Sequence record: ON239131
DNA length: 30,272 bases
Strand: one strand, 5' to 3'
Source of the DNA: Escherichia phage S164
Positions within the stretch are counted from its first letter, which is position 1. The number at the start of each line of letters is the position of its first letter. The notes under the pieces are model-generated. The model was not told the DNA's origin, made no database searches, and saw nothing but the letters and a program-made list of their open reading frames with translations. Below are positions 9,436 through 17,255 of the stretch, in pieces. The position numbers were made by a program, and so were the translations under genes.

Positions 9436-10071
9436 ATGAACACTCTCGCAAATATTCAGGAACTCGCGCGCGCACTGCGCAACATGATTCGCACCGGCCT
9501 TGTCGTCGAAACCGACCTTAACGCCGGTCGCTGCCGTGTGCAGACCGGCGGCATGTGCACCGACTGGCTTCAGTGGCTGACCTGTCGTGCCGGGCGTTCG
9601 CGCACATGGTGGGCACCTTCCGTGGGGGAGCAGGTGCTGATTCTGGCCGTGGGCGGTGAACTTGACACGGCGTTCGTTCTGCCGGGGATTTATTCCGGTG
9701 ATAACCCCTCGCCGTCTGTGTCGGCGGATGCCCTGCATATCCGTTTCCCTGACGGGGCGGTGATTGAATATGAACCCGAAACCAGTGCACTCACGGTAAG
9801 CGGAATTAAAACGGCCAGCGTGACGGCTTCTGATTCTGTTACTGCCACGGTGCCTGTGGTCACGGTGAAAGCGTCAACCCGTGTCACCCTGGACACACCG
9901 GAAGTGGTCTGCACTAACAAACTGACTACCGGCACGCTGGAAGTGCAGAAGGGCGGGACGATGCGCGGCAACATTGAACACACCGGCGGTGAACTCTCAT
10001 CAAACGGTAAGGTACTGCATACCCATAAACACCCCGGCGACAGCGGCGGCACAACCGGGGGACCTCTATGA
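9436..10071 (+). CDS. V: Baseplate assembly / spike protein V
   Basis: 211 aa, same as P2 gpV. Confidence 0.85.
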   Translation: MNTLANIQELARALRNMIRTGLVVETDLNAGRCRVQTGGMCTDWLQWLTCRAGRSRTWWAPSVGEQVLILAVGGELDTAFVLPGIYSGDNPSPSVSADALHIRFPDGAVIEYEPETSALTVSGIKTASVTASDSVTATVPVVTVKASTRVTLDTPEVVCTNKLTTGTLEVQKGGTMRGNIEHTGGELSSNGKVLHTHKHPGDSGGTTGGPL

Positions 10072-10415
10072 CTGCGCGTTATCTCGGAATGAATCGCAGT
10101 GATGGCCTGACTGTCACTGACCTTGAGCATATCAGCCAGAGTATCGGCGATATCCTGCGCACACCGGTCGGCTCACGGGTGATGCGTCGTGATTACGGCT
10201 CGTTGCTGGCATCAATGATTGACCAGCCGCAGACCCCGGCGCTTGAGTTGCAGATTAAGGTCGCCTGTTACATGGCGGTGCTGAAATGGGAACCCCGCGT
10301 CACCCTGTCATCTGTCACCACGGCGCGCAGCTTTGACGGGCGAATGACGGTCACGTTAACCGGCCAGCACAACGACACCGGCCAGTCACTTTCGTTAACC
10401 ATCCCTGTGAGTTGA
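10068..10415 (+). CDS. W: Baseplate protein W (gp25/lysozyme-like wedge family)
   Basis: 115 aa, same as P2 gpW; overlaps the V stop. Confidence 0.85.
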   Translation: MTARYLGMNRSDGLTVTDLEHISQSIGDILRTPVGSRVMRRDYGSLLASMIDQPQTPALELQIKVACYMAVLKWEPRVTLSSVTTARSFDGRMTVTLTGQHNDTGQSLSLTIPVS

Positions 10416-10419
10416 AACC

Positions 10420-11328
10420 ATGCCGATTATCGACCTGAACCAGCTACCCGCACCGGATGTGGTCGAAGAGCTGGACTTTGAAACCATTCTTGCCGAACGC
10501 AAGGCGACACTGATTTCCCTTTACCCGGAAGACCAGCAGGAGGCGGTCGCCCGTACCCTGACGCTGGAATCCGAGCCTCTCGTCAAGCTGCTGGAGGAAA
10601 ATGCTTATCGTGAGCTTATCTGGCGTCAGCGTGTGAATGAGGCCGCACGGGCGGTGATGCTGGCCTGTGCCGCCGGTAATGACCTTGATGTGATTGGTGC
10701 CAATTACAACACCACGCGCCTGACTATCACCCCGGCAGACGATTCGACCATCCCGCCGACACCGGCAGTGATGGAATCTGACACCGATTATCGGTTGCGT
10801 ATTCAGCAGGCGTTTGAAGGTTTAAGCGTCGCCGGGTCGGTGGGTGCCTATCAGTATCATGGTCGCAGTGCTGACGGGCGTGTCGCCGATATTTCTGTCA
10901 CCAGTCCGTCTCCGGCCTGCGTTACTATCTCTGTGCTGTCACGTGAAAATAACGGCGTCGCATCCGAAGACCTGCTGGCTGTGGTGCGTAACGCCCTTAA
11001 TGGCGAGGACGTCAGGCCGGTGGCCGACCGCGTGACCGTGCAGTCTGCCGCCATTGTTGAATACCAGATAAACGCCACGCTTTACCTTTACCCTGGTCCC
11101 GAAAGCGAACCCATCCGCGCTGCTGCCGTGAAAAAACTGGAAGCGTACATCACGGCACAGCACCGGCTGGGGCGCGATATCCGTCTGTCTGCCATTTATG
11201 CCGCTTTGCATGTGGAAGGCGTGCAGCGTGTCGAACTGGCTGCACCGCTGGCCGACATCGTGCTCAACAGTACGCAGGCGTCTTTCTGTACCGAATACCG
11301 CGTCGTGACCGGAGGCTCGGATGAGTGA
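10420..11328 (+). CDS. J: Baseplate protein J
   Basis: 302 aa, same as P2 gpJ. Confidence 0.85.
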   Translation: MPIIDLNQLPAPDVVEELDFETILAERKATLISLYPEDQQEAVARTLTLESEPLVKLLEENAYRELIWRQRVNEAARAVMLACAAGNDLDVIGANYNTTRLTITPADDSTIPPTPAVMESDTDYRLRIQQAFEGLSVAGSVGAYQYHGRSADGRVADISVTSPSPACVTISVLSRENNGVASEDLLAVVRNALNGEDVRPVADRVTVQSAAIVEYQINATLYLYPGPESEPIRAAAVKKLEAYITAQHRLGRDIRLSAIYAALHVEGVQRVELAAPLADIVLNSTQASFCTEYRVVTGGSDE

Positions 11329-11932
11329 TTCGCGCCTGCTGCCGACCGGCTCATCACCGCTTGAGGTCGCCGCCGCAAAAGCCTGTGCGGAAATTGAAAA
11401 AACGCCGGTCAGTATTCGTGAGCTGTGGAACCCGGACACCTGCCCGGCAAATCTGCTGCCGTGGCTGGCGTGGTCATTTTCGGTTGACCGCTGGGATGAT
11501 AAGTGGCCGGAAGCGACAAAACGCGCTGTTATCCGCGATGCGTATTTCATTCACTGCCATAAGGGCACTATAGGCGCAATCCGGCGTGTGGTGGAGCCGC
11601 TCGGCTATCTGATTGAGGTGAGGGAGTGGTGGCAACTCAACGAGGAGCCGGGGACGTTCCGCATCGTTGTTGGCGTGCTTGAGCAGGGTATTACCGAGGA
11701 AATGTATCAGGAGCTGGAGCGTCTCGTTGCTGATGCAAAACCTGCAAGCCGCCATCTGACGGGACTGGCTATCAGTTTAAGTACAACCGGCAACATTTTT
11801 GCCGGTGCGGGATGCTATCACGGCGACGCCCTGACGGTTTATCCCTACACCCCGGAGGCCATTATTGTCGGAGGGGATTATTTCCCGGCCTCGGCCATTC
11901 ATTTAATTGATAACCTGAGAGTAAACGCATGA
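11321..11932 (+). CDS. I: Baseplate / tail protein I
   Basis: 203 aa; ATGAGTGA overlap with the J stop; position between J and H. Confidence 0.8.
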   Translation: MSDSRLLPTGSSPLEVAAAKACAEIEKTPVSIRELWNPDTCPANLLPWLAWSFSVDRWDDKWPEATKRAVIRDAYFIHCHKGTIGAIRRVVEPLGYLIEVREWWQLNEEPGTFRIVVGVLEQGITEEMYQELERLVADAKPASRHLTGLAISLSTTGNIFAGAGCYHGDALTVYPYTPEAIIVGGDYFPASAIHLIDNLRVNA

Positions 11933-13344
11933 CAGTGAAATACTACGCCATTCTGACTAATCAGGGCGCGGCACGGCTGGCTAACGCGACGATGCTCGGA
12001 AGTAAGCTGAATCTGACGCAAATGGCCGTTGGTGATGCGAATGGTGTCTTGCCGACACCAGACCCGGCACAGACAAAGCTGATTAATCAGAAACGCATTG
12101 CACCGCTGAATCTTCTGAGTGTTGACCCGAACAACCAGAGCCAGATTATTGCGGAGCAAATCATCCCTGAGAACGAGGGCGGATTCTGGATCCGTGAGAT
12201 TGGGCTTTATGATGATGAAGGCGTACTCATTGCGGTGGCGAACTGCCCGGAAACGTACAAACCGCAGTTGCAGGAAGGCAGTGGTCGTACCCAGACTATC
12301 CGCATGATTCTGGTTGTCACGAACACCGAAGCCATCACGCTGAAAATCGACCCGTCGGTGGTACTGGCGACCCGTAAATACGTGGATGATAAGGTCCTGG
12401 AATTAAAGCTGTATGTGGATGACCAGATGAGAAACCACATTGCCGCACAGGATCCTCATACCCAGTATGCACAGAAACATAATCCGACATTTACCGGAGA
12501 ACCAAAAGCGCCGACGCCTGCCGCAGGAAATAACACCACGCGGATTGCGACTACTGCGTTTGTTCAGGCCGCTATTACCGCTCTGATTAACGGTGCGCCA
12601 GCCACGCTGGACACACTGAAAGAAATTGCCGCAGCCATTAACAATGACCCGAAATTCAGTACCACCATTAACAATGCGCTGGCACTAAAAGCCCCGCTGT
12701 CGAGTCCGGCACTCACCGGAACGCCAACAGCACCTACTGCGGCACAGTCGGTCAACAATACACAGATTGCCACCACGGCTTTTGTGAAATCAGCAATTGC
12801 GGCAATGGTGGGTTCTGCCCCTGCGGCACTGGATACACTGAATGAACTGGCGGCGGCGCTGGGGAATGACCCTAACTTTTCAACAACAGTGCTTAATGCA
12901 CTGGCAGGTAAACAACCGCTGGACAATACGCTGACTAATTTGAGTGGAAAGGATGTAGCTGGTCTTCTCGCATACCTTCAATTGGGAGAAGCGGCAAAAC
13001 GTAATGTCGGCACCGGTGCAAACCAGATACCGGACATGAACAGTTTTACGTCAGGAAGTACGACAACAGCAGACTGGTACAAGTTACCTGGTGGGTTGCT
13101 TATTCAGTCAGGGATTAATGCGGTTGGTTATATTGGTTCGCCGTTTACTATCGGTCTTCCGGTTGCATTTTCGAACGCCAATTACCGCATAGTTGCCAGT
13201 TATGACAACGCGAGAGCTAACGCAACCTACGGTTTTGCAATGTCTGCCCTCCCGTCAACTGCATCAGCATTCACAATTAACTCAAGTTCAAATGCATCAG
13301 TCGGGCCGGTTTACGCTTACTGGATTGCAATCGGTAAATACTAA
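11929..13344 (+). CDS. H: Tail fibre protein (receptor-binding); shorter than P2 gpH, with a divergent C-terminal tip
   Basis: 471 aa; P2-like N-terminus (MTVKYYAILTNQGAARLANA...); internal ~55-aa tandem repeat; LGEAAKRNVGTGANQIPDMNSF motif; C-terminal tip of the LPGGLLIQ...WIAIG type. Confidence 0.85.
   Translation: MTVKYYAILTNQGAARLANATMLGSKLNLTQMAVGDANGVLPTPDPAQTKLINQKRIAPLNLLSVDPNNQSQIIAEQIIPENEGGFWIREIGLYDDEGVLIAVANCPETYKPQLQEGSGRTQTIRMILVVTNTEAITLKIDPSVVLATRKYVDDKVLELKLYVDDQMRNHIAAQDPHTQYAQKHNPTFTGEPKAPTPAAGNNTTRIATTAFVQAAITALINGAPATLDTLKEIAAAINNDPKFSTTINNALALKAPLSSPALTGTPTAPTAAQSVNNTQIATTAFVKSAIAAMVGSAPAALDTLNELAAALGNDPNFSTTVLNALAGKQPLDNTLTNLSGKDVAGLLAYLQLGEAAKRNVGTGANQIPDMNSFTSGSTTTADWYKLPGGLLIQSGINAVGYIGSPFTIGLPVAFSNANYRIVASYDNARANATYGFAMSALPSTASAFTINSSSNASVGPVYAYWIAIGKY
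12529..12921 (+). repeat. Two tandem copies of a ~55-aa repeat inside tail fibre H (about 12529-12699 and 12754-12921)
   Basis: Protein copies NTTRIATTAFVQAAITALINGAPATLDTLKEIAAAINNDPKFSTTINNALALKAP and NNTQIATTAFVKSAIAAMVGSAPAALDTLNELAAALGNDPNFSTTVLNALAGKQP; DNA copies are diverged. Confidence 0.8.
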
Positions 13345-13356
13345 AAGGCAAATATC

Positions 13357-13779
13357 ATGGGTGAAACAGATTATATTTTCAGTGCGTTCCTGAATGGTTT
13401 TTTACCGCTGGCGTGGAAAGAAGAGAAAGAGGCAACAGGTTCGTGGCCTGATGACGCAATTGAAATAAGCTATGAAGATTATTTGAAGTTTACGACCGAT
13501 GCGCCGAAGGGAAAAATATTGGGTTCGGTTGACGGGCGACCGGCATGGGTTGATATCCCACCGCCGACACATGAAGAACTGATTGCCAGTGCAGAAGCAA
13601 CAAGATTAAGACTGAAGGCTAATGCAGATGCTGAAATCGGCTGGCGACAGGATGCCGTTGATGCGGGCATTGCGACGGACGAGGAAACCGCCATACTCGC
13701 CGAGTGGAAAAAATACCGGGTCTTGCTGATGCGCGTCGACACAGCAAAACCCGTATGGCCTACGCTTCCGACTGCATAA
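13357..13779 (+). CDS. G: Tail fibre assembly chaperone
   Basis: 140 aa; C-terminal EWKKYRVLLMRVDTAKPVWPTLP resembles the conserved C-terminal domain of lambda Tfa / Mu U-type chaperones; RBS AAGG 8 nt upstream. Confidence 0.85.
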   Translation: MGETDYIFSAFLNGFLPLAWKEEKEATGSWPDDAIEISYEDYLKFTTDAPKGKILGSVDGRPAWVDIPPPTHEELIASAEATRLRLKANADAEIGWRQDAVDAGIATDEETAILAEWKKYRVLLMRVDTAKPVWPTLPTA

Positions 13780-14023
13780 TATCAATTAATATCGGTTCGC
13801 CGTTCTCATCGACGGCGAGCATTTTCCCAGCCGGTATTTCTGTTGCGGTAAAAAACCAGTTATCATCCGGCAGTTCTACGGCCCCTTCAGTGCTATGAAT
13901 GCCGGGGATAACTTCATTAAGTGTCTCAGGATTAAAAAGGCGCATAGCGAGCACTCCAATAAAAACCGTCAGCGGATGTTGTTCCATCAGATCGTAATAC
14001 AAGAAAAGTAGCTTTTGTTGCAT
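13760..14023 (-). CDS. Alternative tail-fibre assembly chaperone, N-terminal domain only (U'-like fragment)
   Basis: 87-aa minus-strand ORF; ...AGKMLAVDENGEPILIDIMQSEA resembles the N-terminal domain of Tfa/U chaperones but lacks the conserved C-terminal domain; 3' end overlaps the G 3' end; 5' start uncertain because it overlaps the next ORF by 92 nt. Confidence 0.45.
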   Translation of the reverse strand: MQQKLLFLYYDLMEQHPLTVFIGVLAMRLFNPETLNEVIPGIHSTEGAVELPDDNWFFTATEIPAGKMLAVDENGEPILIDIMQSEA

Positions 14024-14369
14024 CAGTTAAATCAGTTATGACCATCGGTACCCTGACCTTATAAGGGGTTGCTGATGACAATAACAGCGGAGTGGTAGTG
14101 ATAACCTGTGCAGGAGCAGGCAGAGAAATCGGATAATAAACCGCAGCATTTCCCGATATGTTAGCCACAGCATTTCCCCACACCTCTATAGTGCCATCGC
14201 TCCAGATTCGGTATTTACCATTCGCATTCGAGCCTGTTTTAGTCACCACGGCACATTTATCTGTATCGGTATTAACGTTACCAATCAGTGCCAATTTTCC
14301 ACTGGTATTTCCCGCTTCTGCTAAACGAACGTTTATGAAAATGCAGAGATAACGGGTAACTGGCATCAT
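13932..14369 (-). CDS. Alternative tail-fibre C-terminal receptor-binding tip (Sv'-like), not fused to H in this orientation
   Basis: 145-aa minus-strand ORF; ...GKYRIWSDGTIEVWG...FYWSARYAPF parallels the C-terminal tip of H; a stop lies 4 codons upstream of its ATG; region is AT-richer than the core genome. Confidence 0.55.
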   Translation of the reverse strand: MMPVTRYLCIFINVRLAEAGNTSGKLALIGNVNTDTDKCAVVTKTGSNANGKYRIWSDGTIEVWGNAVANISGNAAVYYPISLPAPAQVITTTPLLLSSATPYKVRVPMVITDLTDATKATFLVLRSDGTTSADGFYWSARYAPF

Positions 14370-14396
14370 CTCCGGTTTTTATTCAGGGGGATGCTC

Positions 14397-14990
14397 ATGC
14401 TTATTGGCTATGTACGCGTGTCAACAAATGACCAGAACACGGAATTGCAGCGTAACGCGCTGGAGTGCGCGGGATGTGAGCGGATTTTTGAGGACAAAAT
14501 CAGCGGCACGAAGTCCGACCGACCGGGACTGAAAAAACTGCTCAGAACATTATCAGCAGGTGACACTCTGGTAGTCTGGAAGCTGGACAGGCTGGGGCGT
14601 AGTATGCGGCATCTGGTCATTCTGGTTGAGGAACTGCGCGAACGCGGCGTTAATTTTCGCAGCCTGACAGATGCTATTGATACCAGCACGCCGATGGGGC
14701 GTTTTTTCTTTCATGTGATGGGTGCCCTGGCTGAAATGGAGCGAGAACTCATTGTCGAGCGGACACGCGCCGGACTGGAAGCGGCCAGAGCTAAAGGTCG
14801 TATTGGTGGCAGACGTCCGAAACTCACCGCGAGTGAGTGGGAGCAGGCCGGGCGGTTGCTGGCTGCAGGGGAATCACGTCAACGCGTGGCACTGATTTTT
14901 GATATTGGCCTGTCCACGCTCTATAAAAAATTCCCCGCCTCAGTGACAAAAAATAAATTGTGTCATCCCTTAGCCAACCGGGACAAATAG
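14397..14990 (+). CDS. Serine-recombinase DNA invertase (Hin/Gin/Cin/Pin family)
   Basis: N-terminus MLIGYVRVSTNDQNTELQRNAL... with catalytic Ser; GDTLVVWKLDRLGRS; MGRFFFHVMGALAEMERELIVERT; C-terminal HTH (GLSTLYKKF). ORF opens at 14391, but the Met at 14397 has better RBS spacing (AGGGGG). Confidence 0.9.
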   Translation: MLIGYVRVSTNDQNTELQRNALECAGCERIFEDKISGTKSDRPGLKKLLRTLSAGDTLVVWKLDRLGRSMRHLVILVEELRERGVNFRSLTDAIDTSTPMGRFFFHVMGALAEMERELIVERTRAGLEAARAKGRIGGRRPKLTASEWEQAGRLLAAGESRQRVALIFDIGLSTLYKKFPASVTKNKLCHPLANRDK

Positions 14991-15049
14991 CCTGACATCT
15001 CCGGCACAACTGAAAATATCACTCACCCATTAACCACGGAGTTAAACGG

Positions 15050-16240
15050 ATGAGTGACTATCATCACGGCGTGCAGGTGCTGGAGATTAACGACGGCACC
15101 CGCGTCATTTCCACCGTATCCACTGCCATTGTCGGCATGGTCTGCACGGCCAGCGATGCGGATGCGGAAACCTTCCCCCTCAATAAACCGGTGCTGATTA
15201 CCAATGTGCAGAGCGCAATTGCAAAGGCCGGTAAAAAAGGCACGCTGGCGGCATCGTTGCAGGCCATCGCCGACCAGTCAAAACCGGTCACCGTTGTCGT
15301 GCGTGTGGAAGACGGCACCGGCGACGACGAGGAAACGAAACTCGCGCAGACCGTTTCCAATATCATCGGCACCACTGACGAAAACGGTCAGTACACCGGA
15401 CTGAAAGCCCTGCTGGCGGCGGAGTCGGTAACCGGTGTTAAACCGCGTATTCTTGGTGTGCCGGGGCTGGATACCAAAGAGGTGGCTGTTGCACTGGCAT
15501 CAGTCTGTCAGAAGCTGCGCGCTTTCGGATATATCAGCGCATGGGGCTGTAAAACCATTTCCGAGGTGAAAGCCTACCGCCAGAATTTCAGCCAGCGTGA
15601 GCTGATGGTCATCTGGCCGGATTTCCTCGCATGGGATACGGTCACCAGTACCACCGCCACCGCGTATGCCACCGCCCGTGCGCTGGGTCTGCGCGCTAAA
15701 GTCGACCAGGAGCAGGGCTGGCATAAAACGCTGTCCAACGTCGGGGTAAACGGTGTTACCGGCATCAGCGCCTCTGTATTCTGGGATTTGCAGGAGTCCG
15801 GCACCGATGCTGACCTGCTTAACGAGTCAGGCGTCACTACGCTGATTCGCCGCGACGGTTTCCGATTCTGGGGTAACCGTACCTGCTCTGATGACCCGCT
15901 GTTCCTCTTTGAAAACTACACCCGCACCGCGCAGGTGCTGGCCGACACGATGGCTGAGGCGCACATGTGGGCGGTGGACAAGCCCATCACCGCAACGCTG
16001 ATTCGCGACATCGTTGACGGCATCAATGCCAAATTCCGTGAGCTGAAAACAAACGGCTATATCGTGGATGCGACCTGCTGGTTCAGCGAAGAATCCAACG
16101 ATGCGGAAACCCTCAAGGCCGGAAAACTGTATATCGACTACGACTATACCCCGGTGCCTCCTCTCGAAAACCTGACCCTGCGCCAGCGTATTACCGATAA
16201 ATACCTGGCAAATCTGGTCACCTCGGTTAACAGCAATTAA
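15050..16240 (+). CDS. FI: Tail sheath protein
   Basis: 396 aa, same as P2 gpFI. Confidence 0.9.
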   Translation: MSDYHHGVQVLEINDGTRVISTVSTAIVGMVCTASDADAETFPLNKPVLITNVQSAIAKAGKKGTLAASLQAIADQSKPVTVVVRVEDGTGDDEETKLAQTVSNIIGTTDENGQYTGLKALLAAESVTGVKPRILGVPGLDTKEVAVALASVCQKLRAFGYISAWGCKTISEVKAYRQNFSQRELMVIWPDFLAWDTVTSTTATAYATARALGLRAKVDQEQGWHKTLSNVGVNGVTGISASVFWDLQESGTDADLLNESGVTTLIRRDGFRFWGNRTCSDDPLFLFENYTRTAQVLADTMAEAHMWAVDKPITATLIRDIVDGINAKFRELKTNGYIVDATCWFSEESNDAETLKAGKLYIDYDYTPVPPLENLTLRQRITDKYLANLVTSVNSN

Positions 16241-16252
16241 GGAGCCTGACCG

Positions 16253-16771
16253 ATGGCAATGCCGCGCAAACTCAAGTTAATGAACGTCTTTCTGAACGGC
16301 TACAGCTATCAGGGCGTTGCAAAGTCCGTCACGCTGCCAAAACTGACCCGTAAGCTTGAAAACTATCGCGGTGCGGGGATGAACGGCAGCGCACCGGTAG
16401 ACCTCGGCCTTGATGACGATGCGCTGTCAATGGAGTGGTCGCTCGGGGGCTTCCCGGATTCGGTTATTTGGGAGCTTTACGCCGCAACCGGTGTGGATGC
16501 CGTACCGATTCGTTTTGCAGGCTCTTACCAGCGCGACGATACCGGCGAAACGGTGGCCGTCGAGGTGGTCATGCGTGGCCGTCAGAAAGAAATCGACACC
16601 GGCGAGGGTAAACAGGGAGAAGACACCGAGTCGAAAATCTCCGTGGTCTGCACCTATTTCCGGCTGACGATGGACGGTAAGGAGCTGGTCGAAATCGACA
16701 CCATCAACATGATTGAGAAGGTGAACGGCGTCGACCGGCTGGAGCAACACCGCCGCAATATCGGCCTGTGA
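16253..16771 (+). CDS. FII: Tail tube protein
   Basis: 172 aa, same as P2 gpFII. Confidence 0.9.
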   Translation: MAMPRKLKLMNVFLNGYSYQGVAKSVTLPKLTRKLENYRGAGMNGSAPVDLGLDDDALSMEWSLGGFPDSVIWELYAATGVDAVPIRFAGSYQRDDTGETVAVEVVMRGRQKEIDTGEGKQGEDTESKISVVCTYFRLTMDGKELVEIDTINMIEKVNGVDRLEQHRRNIGL

Positions 16772-16827
16772 TTTTCATCCGGTCAGCCAGGCTGACCGGT
16801 TAACCCTGATTCAGAAGTGAGAAAACC

Positions 16828-17103
16828 ATGAACAAAGAAAATGTGATTACCCTGGACAATCCGGTCAAACGTGGTGAGCAGGTTATCGAACAGGTCACGC
16901 TGATGAAACCCAATGCCGGGACGCTACGCGGTGTCAGTCTGGCTGCGGTTGCAAACTCCGAAGTCGATGCACTGATTAAGGTGCTGCCGCGCATGACGGC
17001 ACCGATGCTGACCGAGCAGGAAGTCGCCGCGCTGGAACTGCCTGACCTTGTGGCGCTGGCCGGTAAGGTGGTCGGTTTTTTGTCGCCGAACTCGGTGCAG
17101 TGA
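16828..17103 (+). CDS. E: Tail assembly chaperone E
   Basis: 91 aa, same as P2 gpE; lies immediately before the tape-measure gene. Confidence 0.85.
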   Translation: MNKENVITLDNPVKRGEQVIEQVTLMKPNAGTLRGVSLAAVANSEVDALIKVLPRMTAPMLTEQEVAALELPDLVALAGKVVGFLSPNSVQ

Positions 17104-17255
17104 CGTTTCCGAAAAATCTCTCGGTCGATGACCTGATGGCGGATGTGGCAGTGATATTTCACTGGCCGCCATCAGAACTGTATCCCATGAGCCTGACCGA
17201 ACTCATCACATGGCGCGAAAAGGCGCTCCGGCGAAGCGGAAACACGAATGAGTAA
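16828..17255 (+). CDS. E': E+E' tail assembly chaperone made by programmed -1 frameshift (about 142 aa)
   Basis: Slippery heptamer TTTTTTG at 17076-17082 near the E 3' end; the -1 frame is open from 17082 to a TAA at 17253-17255, overlapping the T start at 17248. Confidence 0.7.
17076..17082 (+). other. Slippery sequence TTTTTTG for the E to E' -1 frameshift
   Basis: T6G run nine codons before the E stop; position and motif as in P2 E/E'. Confidence 0.7.

Noticed and set aside
13386-14385. Possible hix/gix-type crossover sites (CCTGAAT + GGTTTTT-type half-sites near 13389-13407 and 14374-14385; 9-mer TGCATTTTC shared between H and the minus strand near 14345)
   Set aside because: Only half-site-level matches; 7-9-mer identities between regions of this size are expected by chance; the 9-mer is in different reading frames in the two genes. 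Kept as a caveat under the invertase finding rather than annotated as sites.
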